Part shown: piece by piece, positions 52,466-62,369 of the stretch
Numbering within the stretch: the first letter of the stretch is position 1
How the letters are laid out: the number at the start of each line of letters is the position of its first letter
Assembly: GCA_002269645.1 (NCBI GenBank)
Contig: NIVC01001111.1
Coordinates: 248,001 to 312,000 of the forward strand
Direction of reading: 5' to 3'
Origin: Macrostomum lignano
Lineage: Eukaryota
DNA: 64,000 bases
Translations under genes and position numbers: made by a program
The notes under the pieces: model-generated
The model's input: the letters and a program-made list of their open reading frames with translations, nothing else
Databases searched by the model: none
Told to the model about the DNA's origin: nothing

Positions 52466-55400
52466 TGTAGTGTACGCCCCTCTACGCCTGTAGGCTTGTA
52501 TGTGACTATAGCTTGAGTTCTCTCGACCAACGTGCGCTAGCTCTGCCCCACCCCCCTTAACCATTGCATAACGTGGTAGCCGCACGTCGGCAGTGACTAT
52601 ATATTAACTCAAATATATGGTCCACGAGACCACTTTATATTTCGCGCACAAGCGCACTACAATGGCGTCGCAAGTCAGTTTACAGACCCCCAGCAAATTG
52701 GACTTGCGCACGGACCCAAATGCAGCTCATACAAAATGGAAAAAATGGTCAGCCCAGTTTCAACTGTTTGCCGTCGCCTCTGGAATAGACGACAAGAAAA
52801 GACTACGGCAGCTGCTGTTGTATTCGGCCGGCGAGGACCTGCAGACGATCGCCGCGGGCCTCACCGATGAGGCCGAGGGCAAAGATATCGACACGCTCGT
52901 GGCCGCCTTGGACAGGCATTTCAACCGCAATCTGAACCTACCGTTCACTCGCTATCAATTCAGGCTCTGCACGCAACGGTCTGGCGAGCCCACGGACGAG
53001 TGGCTTCAGCGTCTCCAAGAAGCCGCCGACTGCTGTGGCTTCGAGGGTCTCAGAGACTCTCTGATTCGAGACCAGCTGATCGCTGGCTGCAGTTCCGAGC
53101 AGCTCCGCCGGAAACTGTTGGCAATGGACAATGTGGACCTGAAGCAGGCGCTCCGGGTGGCCAGGGCCATGGAGGCGGCGGAAGCCCAGGCGAGCGTCAT
53201 GGAGGCCAACGAGGCGTCCGTGCAGCGGCTCCGTCGGCAGGAGGCCAGTGGGGCGTCCAACAACCGTCGACAGCCACAGACCACGCAGTCCCCCGGCGGC
53301 AAGCAGCTCAAGTGCATCAGGTGCGGAGCCCCGGGCCACCGCACATGCAACGCAGCTGAAGGCAAGACGTGCCGCCGCTGCGGCAAACGAAACCACCTGG
53401 CAAGAGCCTGCCTGTCCGCACTAAAGGGAGACGTCCGCGTCTTGCAGGCCGACAGCGATAGCTCAGAGGTGGAGGATGGCGTCTTTTGCCTGACCGTTGC
53501 AGCCACCGGCACTGCGGCAGTCGGCGCCAAGACAACAGTGCTCGTCGGTTCAACGCAGCTGCCGGTTCTGGTGGACAGCGGCGCCGACTGCAATATCCTC
53601 ACTGAGCGGGCCTGGCGCACGCTGCCGGGACCCCCGCGGCTGCAACCGAATCGCACTAAAGTCTTCGCCTACCGCTCATCCAAACCGCTCAGCACCCTGG
53701 GAGCATGCAGTCTGCAGGTGTCAGCCGGGCAGGACAGCCAGGCGGTCCGCTTCATTGTCATCCCGGGCGACGGCACGAACATCTTGGGGCGCGAGGCATC
53801 AACCTTGCTGCGCCTTCTGAGCCTGGGTCCCCAGGTCAACGTAGTTGCGTCTTCCGAGACGGATGATCCAGCTATCCGGGCTGTGGTCGAGCGATTTCCG
53901 GAGCTCTTCAAGGGTCTTGGCAAGGTCAAAGACGTCTCGGTACAGATTAACATCAAGTCCGACGCCAGGCCTGTCTGCCACCCGCCATCTCGAGTCCCAG
54001 TGCACCTCCGGGAGGCGCTGGACCGCGAGCTAGACGAGCAGGAGCAGCTCGGCATCATCCAGCCCGTCGAAGGTCCAACGCCGTGGGTCAGCCGCATCGT
54101 CGTGGTGCCGAAGGAGGACGGCAAGAGTGTGCGAATCACACAGGATCTTCGGGACGTAAACAAAGCGGCACTGAGGGAGCGGCACCAGATCCCGACCTTC
54201 GAAGAGGCCACAAGCGACATGGCGGGGTCGACGGTCTTCTCCAAACTCGACATCTTCAAGGCGTTTCATCAAATTGAGATCAGCGAGGACAGCCGCAGGT
54301 TCTTTGTGTTTTCTACGCCCCGAGGAATGCGTCGGCTGACCCGCCTAAGCATGGGCTTTGCCTCTGCCTCGGAGATACTCCAACGCGTAATGCAGCGAGT
54401 GCTGGCGGGACTGACCGGCGTAAAGTGGATCCACGATGACATCATAATCCACAGTCAGGACCTGGAGTCTCACCAGGCACACGTGGCTGCCTGTCTGGCT
54501 AGACTGCGAGAGCACGGCATCACCCTGAACGCCAGCAAGTGCCACTGGGGCATCAGCAAGGCCAAATTCATGGCCATGACGCTGTCGAAGTATGGAATTC
54601 AGCCGTCAGAAGAAAAGATCGCAGCGCTGCAGGCCTTCAAGGACCCCCAGTCGGTCAAGGAGGTCCGGTCATTCTTGGGGTTGGCAAACCACCTCGAGAA
54701 GTTCATTCCGCAGTTGGCAGCCAAGGCGGAGCCCCTCAGGCGGCTGGTACGAAAGGGCCAGGAATTCGTCTGGGACAGCGAGCAGCAGCAGGCCTTCCAG
54801 GCCGTCAAAGACGGCATCTCCGAGAGCTCCACTCTGGCCTTCTTTGACAAGCAGCTGCCGACTGAGCTGGTGGTCGACGCATCGCCCGTCGGTGTCGGTG
54901 CCATCCTGCAGCAGCGACATTCCGGCGGCCTGACTCGCCCGGTGGCCTACGCGAGCCGAACCCTCAGCGACGTCGAGCGGCGGTACAGTCAGATCGAGCG
55001 CGAGGCCCTGGGCGTCAAGTTCGGTTGCCTGAAGTTCGCGTTCTACCTTGAGGGCTGCCCGCACTTTGATGTCTACACTGACCACAAGCCGCTGCTCGGC
55101 ATCTACAGGGCGGACTCTAGGCCGCCGCCCCGGCTCGAGCGTATTGTGCTGCAGACCCAGCACTTCTCGTTTACGCTGCACTACCGCAAGGGCGAGGACA
55201 ATCCGGCAGATCCCCTCAGTCGCAACCCGCTGCCGAGCGCATCGCCCGGCAAAGGCGAGGCCGCAGAGACTCGACTGCTCAACGCTGTTGTCCAGGCAGC
55301 CACGCCGAAGGGCCTGACAGTCGACAAGGTCCAGGCTGCAACCGAGTCGGACCCGACCCTGACGGCCGTCATGCAGGCGCTGGCAACCGGGAACTGGAGC

Positions 55401-56919
55401 TGTGGTGCGACAGCGCCAGCGCACAGCTTCCGGTCTCTGAAAGACGAACTCAGCGTCCACGCAGGCCTGCTGCTCCGAGGCAGTAGAATTGTCATCCCAG
55501 CAGAACTGCAGCAGTTGACCATCGGCCTGGCGCATCAGGGTCACCTGGGCCAGAAAAAAACGTGCGATCGACTTCAACGCAAGGTCTGGTGGCCCGGCAT
55601 GACCAAACAGGTGGAAGCCGTCGTCTCCCGCTGCCGCCCGTGCCAGGCGGCCCGGCCTGATGGGGCCACCAAGCCGCCGCCGATGCAGCCGACGCCTCTT
55701 CCGTCGGGGCCTTGGCAATCGCTAAGCGTGGATGTCTGCGGGCCATTCCCGACCGGCGAGAACATTGTCGTGCTGGTTGACTACTTCAGCCGGTACCCGG
55801 ATGTCTACGTGGTGCGAAGCCTCACCAGCTCCAGCGTCATCACCTGCGCCATGGCCTCGTTCAGCCGCTTTGGTGTGCCGCAGCAGATCACCACGGACAA
55901 CGCCACGTATTTCACGAGTGACGAGTTCAGAGAGTTTCTCGATGGCCTCGGAGTTCAGCATCGCCGCGTCACCCCGCTCTACCCGGCAGCGAATGGCGAA
56001 GTAGAGCGCTTCAACCGCAGCCTCAACAAGGCCGTCAACGCCGCCACAGCCGAAGGCAAAGACTGGCGCCGGGCCATCCACGAGTGGCTTCTCGGCTACC
56101 GCAACTCCGTGCACCGCGGCACCGACCGCTCGCCCAACGACCTCTTGTTCAACAGGGCCGTCGGCGACGTCTTGCCTACCATCTCGACGAAGCAGCGCGG
56201 CAGCCGCGAGCGGCAACTCCAGAGCCACGACCGCAGCTACAAGCAGGCGATGCGGCAGACAGCCGACACGCGACGAGCGGCTGGGCCGCACGGCATTCAG
56301 GCGGGAGTCCGCGTGCTGCTCAAGAATCGCGGCAAAGCCAAGTTGAGGTGTCCGTTTGATCCACGCCCCTGGATCGTTAAAGCGGTAAACGGCAGCGCCC
56401 TGACTCTGGAACGTGACGGGGCCGTCTTGCGACGGCACGTGACCGAGACGAAGCGGCTGCGCGAGTGCCCCTGGGAGCCCGAAGTACTGGATGCCGGCGA
56501 GACAGCCGAGACTCCGCCCACCACGCTTGGAGGCGCGAACGAGGGAGCCATTGCGCAGAGGCCCCATCCCAGGAAGGCTAAGCGGCAAATTTGTTACAAA
56601 CTATAAGTTGGAGCGCAAGCAAACTTTTTGTTCATTGCTTTATTACCGTTGCTTCATTTTGTTACAATTCGTTCAACTCTAACGTATCGAAATGCGGCCT
56701 CAACCCTCTGCTTGGGGGAGAGGTGTAGTGTACGCCCCTCTACGCCTGTAGGCTTGTATGTGACTATAGCTTGAGTTCTCTCGACCAACGTGCGCTAGCT
56801 CTGCCCCACCCCCCTTAACCATTGCATAACGTGGTAGCCGCACGTCGGCAGTGACTATATATTAACTCAAATATATGGTCCACGAGACCACTTTATATTT
56901 CGCGCACAAGCGCACTACA
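52466..56919 (+). mobile_element. Full-length Ty3/Gypsy (Mag-like) LTR retrotransposon
   Basis: LTRs 52466-52661 and 56724-56919 (196 bp, identical by eye, TGTAGTG...CACTACA termini); 5-bp TSD ATGAG (52461-65, 56920-24); PBS-like TGGCG at 52663; PPT TTGGGGGAGAGG at 56712-56723. Confidence 0.97.
52662..56606 (+). CDS. Single gag-pol polyprotein (Gag Zn knuckles, protease, RT, RNase H, integrase)
   Basis: CIRCGAPGH..C and CRRCGKRNHLARAC; LVDSGADCN; KLDIFKAFHQ and WIHDDII; VVDASPVG..EREAL..TDHKPL; H..H..C..C zinc finger; VDVCGP..TDNAT..GEVERFNR. An upstream in-frame ATG lies inside the LTR at 52617. Confidence 0.96.
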   Translation: MASQVSLQTPSKLDLRTDPNAAHTKWKKWSAQFQLFAVASGIDDKKRLRQLLLYSAGEDLQTIAAGLTDEAEGKDIDTLVAALDRHFNRNLNLPFTRYQFRLCTQRSGEPTDEWLQRLQEAADCCGFEGLRDSLIRDQLIAGCSSEQLRRKLLAMDNVDLKQALRVARAMEAAEAQASVMEANEASVQRLRRQEASGASNNRRQPQTTQSPGGKQLKCIRCGAPGHRTCNAAEGKTCRRCGKRNHLARACLSALKGDVRVLQADSDSSEVEDGVFCLTVAATGTAAVGAKTTVLVGSTQLPVLVDSGADCNILTERAWRTLPGPPRLQPNRTKVFAYRSSKPLSTLGACSLQVSAGQDSQAVRFIVIPGDGTNILGREASTLLRLLSLGPQVNVVASSETDDPAIRAVVERFPELFKGLGKVKDVSVQINIKSDARPVCHPPSRVPVHLREALDRELDEQEQLGIIQPVEGPTPWVSRIVVVPKEDGKSVRITQDLRDVNKAALRERHQIPTFEEATSDMAGSTVFSKLDIFKAFHQIEISEDSRRFFVFSTPRGMRRLTRLSMGFASASEILQRVMQRVLAGLTGVKWIHDDIIIHSQDLESHQAHVAACLARLREHGITLNASKCHWGISKAKFMAMTLSKYGIQPSEEKIAALQAFKDPQSVKEVRSFLGLANHLEKFIPQLAAKAEPLRRLVRKGQEFVWDSEQQQAFQAVKDGISESSTLAFFDKQLPTELVVDASPVGVGAILQQRHSGGLTRPVAYASRTLSDVERRYSQIEREALGVKFGCLKFAFYLEGCPHFDVYTDHKPLLGIYRADSRPPPRLERIVLQTQHFSFTLHYRKGEDNPADPLSRNPLPSASPGKGEAAETRLLNAVVQAATPKGLTVDKVQAATESDPTLTAVMQALATGNWSCGATAPAHSFRSLKDELSVHAGLLLRGSRIVIPAELQQLTIGLAHQGHLGQKKTCDRLQRKVWWPGMTKQVEAVVSRCRPCQAARPDGATKPPPMQPTPLPSGPWQSLSVDVCGPFPTGENIVVLVDYFSRYPDVYVVRSLTSSSVITCAMASFSRFGVPQQITTDNATYFTSDEFREFLDGLGVQHRRVTPLYPAANGEVERFNRSLNKAVNAATAEGKDWRRAIHEWLLGYRNSVHRGTDRSPNDLLFNRAVGDVLPTISTKQRGSRERQLQSHDRSYKQAMRQTADTRRAAGPHGIQAGVRVLLKNRGKAKLRCPFDPRPWIVKAVNGSALTLERDGAVLRRHVTETKRLRECPWEPEVLDAGETAETPPTTLGGANEGAIAQRPHPRKAKRQICYKL

Positions 56920-57086
56920 ATGAGTGATTCAGTTCATTAGTGATTCAGTTCATGAGTGATTCAGTTCATGAGTGATTCGGTTCATGAGTGATTCAGCTCA
57001 TTAATGATTCAGTTCCTGAGTGATTCAAGTGAAGTTTCTAAATACTCTGCAAACTGAATACCCAGAACGTACTCAACACCCGGAAG

Positions 57087-58944
57087 ATGTCTGCCGGAAG
57101 CGCTCGTCGACCCGGAGGCAGTGGCAACAGCGACGAGCTGACCGAAGATCAGATCGGCGAATTCCGGGAAGCATTCTCGCTATTTGACAAGGACGGAGAC
57201 GGCGCCATCACCAACAAGGAGCTGGCTGTTGTGATGCGGGCGCTCGGTCAGCAGCCGACGCCAGATGAGCTCAAGGTTACTGGTGAAAACATCAATTCTT
57301 TTTTGCATAGTCTTCTGCAACAAATCAATCTTCACCTGACACTCAGGAGATGATCAAGGAAGTTGACCAGGACGGCTCCGGCAGCATCGAGTTCGACGAG
57401 TTCCTGGAGATGATGAAGAAGCAGATGCGCAACGCCGACTCCGAGGACGAGCTGCGGCGGGCGTTTCGCCTGTTCGACGCCGACGGAGACGGATTTCTGA
57501 GCCCCGCTGAGCTGCGCCAAGTCATGCTGAACCTGGGGGAGCGGCTCACCAAGGAGGAGGTGAAACCCCGCTGGCTGCTACACTTGCTAATCGTTACCGA
57601 GAAAAGCGGTTTTCATGTTTTTGGCACCTTGTTGACAATATCTCACCTTCTGGACTTCCGAATTGCAAATTAAGTCAACATGTGTTTTTTTCAAAAAGTT
57701 CTTTCACGTGTTTATAAAGCTATTTTTTAAAAATGCTACTAGAGACCCGAAAGCAAGCAACTTATTGGAGAATTTATAGTTACTGGCTGCATCTCTCTCT
57801 GCGACGTCACCGTGGACTTACCTGTGCTGCCTTCCACTACGTGAGGGCTGTCCTGCAGTCGGAGGCCCTGCCTGACCCACAGAGGGCGGCGTTGTTCCAG
57901 GCGGTGATCGAGACCGGTCCTGCTGTACAACGCCGAGATCTGGACACTGACGGAATCGCTCGAACAGCAGGTCGATGTGGTGCACGCTGGCCTTCAAGAT
58001 CGGCTACGAGCGAGTCACCAATGCGGCACCGGCCTGTTCCGTCCCAGCGAACTGTTGCAACGTGGGCGACTCCAGCTGTCAGTCCATATTATCCGAGCCG
58101 AGACGTACTGCTCACAGCCGGTGCAGGAGGTGCTGCTGCTGACGGCACCCTACCCGCAGGGGCAGGCGCGCACTCGGCGTTTCGTCGAATGCCTGCTGGC
58201 TGATGCCGGCGCCCCGGACAACTGCCGGCGGTGCGGCCTACGTTCGCGCCCAGGCCTTAAAACGCGCCCTGTGACATTGTCCCACGCTTGACTGGCTGAA
58301 AATGTATTTTGTTGCTAGTTCTTGGATTTTCCTCGACCGAGTTTGCGGCTAAATCGGAATCTCGGCTTGGCTCTGCTTGTGCAATTAACGCCCTTGAGGG
58401 CCAACCCCCAAGGCACAGTGAAGTGTACATGCCGAACGATAATATAAAGTTAGGGCCGCTGTGCACTCCTGTGTGAGTGTGTGCCTGTGCTTATGACTTG
58501 TGTGCCTGCTCAGGGGCGTCGGCGGAAGGGCAGTACTCGTAATGCCTCTCGCCGGTCGTGCGACAATGTCACTTAAAAAGTGCACACAGCCCCTGCCTCT
58601 AATAAAGAATTACATCAACTTGTGTAATAAAAATTGAACCAAACGCACACATGCTTGATTTGCAATGCGGAACTTCAGAAGGTGAGGTTTGTGTCAGTTA
58701 AGTGCTAAAAGAGCGGAAACTTCCCAACTTTCTAATGAATTTCGCAGAGTAAACGTGTAGCGTCATTCTACTTTGGCTGTCAGTGAGAAATCTTTTGATC
58801 GTTCAATGAATAGCCAATTTGCAGGTGGACGCCATGATTGAAGAGGCGGACACGGACCGAGACGGACAGGTCAGCTACGAGGAGTTCGCCCGGATCATGG
58901 GCTACGGAGACGACGGCGAGGCGGAGGGCGAGAATTTCTCTTAG
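57087..58944 (+). CDS. Calmodulin-like protein with four EF-hands; exons 57087-57275, 57347-57559, 58825-58944
   Basis: [62 protein letters not shown]; three phase-0 exons with GT-AG sites. Confidence 0.95.
57790..58270 (+). mobile_element. Decayed RTE-like LINE 3' fragment in calmodulin intron 2
   Basis: Frame-switching translation [27 protein letters not shown]...[10 protein letters not shown]...PVQEVLL, typical of the post-RT region of RTE-type LINEs. Confidence 0.7.
58340..58605 (+). mobile_element. 5'-truncated SINE (family of 48534)
   Basis: GGAATCTCGGCTTGGCTCTGC...CCCTGCCTCTAATAAA. Confidence 0.87.
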
Positions 58945-59095
58945 AATTACAGCTTCTTTAGTTAACTGGAGAGTTCATTTGTTTATTATGAATTCTAGTA
59001 ACTTAATATATTAGTGTTTCGTAATAGGTATTATATATCTAGGATTCCATAGAGATCTAACTTGGATTGAGTAAAGATTCAATCAAACTGTATAT

Positions 59096-59376
59096 CAGGG
59101 GCGTCGCCACCGGGGGGGGGGGCAGGGGGCATGCCCCCTCAGTAAAAGCTATAAGGGGACATGCCAATGATTTTGCTTCCCCTGGCCCCACCTTGTGACC
59201 CATTATGGAAACCAATTCTTTTGCTTCAGGGCGCCTAAATATAGCGCCTTTGGCGCCAGAATGAGTGTCTGGGCGCCAAAATGAGTGCTAACAACACGGA
59301 TTCCTAAAATAATGTAGGAGTTTAGTCTTTTAGAATTCTTGGCTTTATCTCCGACCATAAAAACCATGGCGACACC
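59096..59376. mobile_element. Possible degenerate MITE
   Basis: CAGGGGCGTCGCCA at 59096 and imperfect inverted TGGCGACACC at 59367-59376; internal GGCGCCA(G/A)AATGAGTG repeat. Confidence 0.3.
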
Positions 59377-59678
59377 TTTTCTTTAAGACTCATTGTAATT
59401 TAGTTTACCCCTTTGAGTCTTCTCAAAAACAATAGGTTAGCAGTCAAACTGTTAACCGATTTGTAAGACTATATAAAAACTTTACAGTTGATATATTACG
59501 CTCTTACTACATGTACTTTTATAAACAAATAAACGAAAATAAGTAAACTATGCATAAAAGTACCCCGTAAGCTGCTCATATTATTTATACGAGCGTAATT
59601 TTCGAGTCACTTTATTAAGCCTATAATTTCTACGCAAAACAGAGTAATTATTCTTTTTCACTTTTCCGCAACACCGTT

Positions 59679-60037
59679 TTTTTTATTAAAGGCAGGGGGT
59701 TGTGTGCACCCTGGCGCACTTTAAGCGACATAGGCACACAACCGGCGAGAGGCATTACTGCCCATTCCGCCGACTCCCCTGAGCAGGCATACAAGCGCGC
59801 GGATACGTACGCAGACACACACTCACACAGGAGTGTACAGCGGCCCTAACTTTATATTATCGTTAGGCATGTACACTTCACTGCGCCTTGGGGGGTTGGC
59901 TCTCAAGGCCGTTAATTGCACGAGCAGAGCCAAGCCGAGATTCCAATTCAGCCCCAAATTAATGTGACTGCACTTGGAATCGAGCCTGGGTCGCTGGCAC
60001 ACCAGAGCAGCTGCGCTACCGCTGGGCTACGGCCCCC
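59679..60037 (-). mobile_element. Full-length tRNA-derived SINE with 16-bp TSD
   Basis: Near-identical reverse complement of 48534-48893; TSD TTTCCGCAACACCGTT at 59663-59678 and 60038-60053. Confidence 0.95.
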
Positions 60038-61105
60038 CTTTCCGCAACACCGTTATAGATCTCGAAATCTCGTTGTACGAGTAGAAAAAAAAACTTCTGT
60101 TCAGAATAAACATGAAACACAAGTACAAGAGAAAAAATTCTGGGAAATCTGAAATTCAGTATTGACTTTGCTCATTATTTTTCAGTCTCGTTGACTATCG
60201 AATGACTGACTCCGGCGCTGGGAACCCCGGGACGCCGGTTTTTTCATCGCTAACTCGACACTGAAAGCTCAAATTTCAGCAACCCGGTCAATCCGATGTC
60301 AAAAACGCAGACCATTTTTTTTGTTGTGCAATCGTGCCCGCCCTCCTGCCCCGCCCCAACAACCCTTCCAGTCTGCCCAACCCTCCAATCAATAATCAAT
60401 GCGTACGCCGAGCAAGCCACCTCGCACCACCTGCCCCTACCGTACCGTACATTAGTTCTTAAAGTACTTAGTATTCAAGTACTCGTAGGTCAGATAAAAA
60501 ATATAGAATAAAGGGCATGTCAACTTAAGCTCATGATGTCGGGTCCCTAATTATCCCCATGCTTGTTCTCCCCTATCCGGCTATCCCAAGTCCAATATGC
60601 TCGTTTTCGTCGTTTTTTGCCAAACCCAGCTTCCGTTAATCCTAGTGTCACCGTGAGCAGAATGACGTAGCATTTGTGTACATAGGTTACTGGGGCTCCA
60701 ATTTATGAGATTAAGCTAAGTTGACAGGTCCTTTGCTGTCTAGTGGGCAGCCGCGGTCTTGAGTCCTCTTGGTCCTATCTTTGGCTACTTCAAAACAAAC
60801 TTCTTGTCTACCATAACAAGTGTGGACTGCATCGGCTTTGCACGGAAGCTCGCCAGTTCTTTTCTGACATTTTTACTGCTTCTCTTTAGGGCGCGGGACG
60901 GGAGCTCTATCTGGGGACCTGGGGCTCGCAGTTACCCAACAGGGTTCAGCTGTAGGCGTCGCTCCGAAGGACGGGGCTCACAACATTATGGTGATTAAAA
61001 GTCACACACATCGGACACAACTTTTTTCTTTTAAAGACTTTCTTACGAGAGTAAATCGTAATATCAATCAGGCTTCAGATATTCGTAGCGCAGAAGTCCT
61101 CAGCA

Positions 61106-62329
61106 TTATTGGCTCAGCCGCTCTGCACTCCCAAGCTGCTTGTCTTCATCGCCTCGCACCAGCCGCCTCCTCGTGACGACAACCCGGCTTCGCCTGGCCT
61201 CCGTCAGGATTCGCTGATTCTCCGCCGTCCTGCACGTTGTTGGATGCTGACTTCTGAAATCAACCGAGGCCGCTTCGTCATCAACGTCGACATCGTCGTC
61301 ACCGTCGTCTTCGTCGTTGTTTCCGCCGACTTCGTCGAGAAGGCCACGGTGGCGGCGGCTGTTCACTGAGCGCAGGTGCGGCTGACCGGCGGCGCGCCGA
61401 CCGTCCAGCAGCTGGTAAATGCTGGTGAGAGCGCGGTCCACTTGCTGCTTGCGCACCGCCTTGTAATCATGTGGAATAGGCAAGAGTTAGTGCTGTTTCA
61501 CTTGCTTCCCAGCTACTCAAAGTAGTTTTTGGTAGTAAATAGTTACCGGCATATTTTCAGAAGGGCACATAGGTGCAACGTCTTCGGTGACACTGTTGCA
61601 CAGCTGAGGCAATTCTCCCCATTTCAATGACTCCTGAGCACATTCAAGCGCCAAGAATTACGCAGACACGCACTCACACACACGCTCACACAGGGTGTAC
61701 AGCGGCCCTGACTTTCTAATCTTCATGCATGTACACTCTCTGTGCCTTGGGGATTGGCCCTCATGGGGGCCACACGTTGCAACGGTCAAGCAACCCAGTG
61801 CTCACCTGTTCCTTCTCCCGTCTCCGACTGTCGCTCCTTCGCCGCTCGAAGTCGAACACCGGCTCACTCGGTCCTCTTAGCTGTCCGTTGCTCATCTGGG
61901 TGATGAAAATCGGCGACTGCTGCGGCGTCTCATCGACCGGCGCCAGAGGACTTTTCCTCGATGCTGCCGACGTGGAGGAAGCCGACGCCAGGCCGCCAGA
62001 CGTTGATGGCATATCGTCGAACAGGTCGCGAGCCAGGCGATGCAACGCTGAGTTCAGGCGGGACGGCAAACCCAACGGGTTGGTGGCCGGGTTTGCGATG
62101 TACGGCTTGGTGGTGAGCGAGCGATTCGGCGCTGAGGGCTGCGTGAGTTTTTAGATTTAAGCCAGGAAAAACTGCTGTGTTTACTGCGAAATGCTCACTG
62201 TGGTTTTGTGCAATTGCGGTTGAGGCACGTGCAGGTACGGCTGCTTCACATGCCGGTTAGTACACAAGTTAGTACTCATTAGCTGTTATTTTTATTTGAC
62301 TTTTTCACTTTTTGAAAGTTTATTTCAGC

Positions 62330-62369
<40 letters not shown>

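Larger units (their letters stand above)
52326..57027. repeat. 16-bp minisatellite (GTTCATGAGT[GA]ATTCA) split by the LTR element: 52326-52465 and 56920-57027
   Basis: Same unit on both sides of the insertion. Confidence 0.93.
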
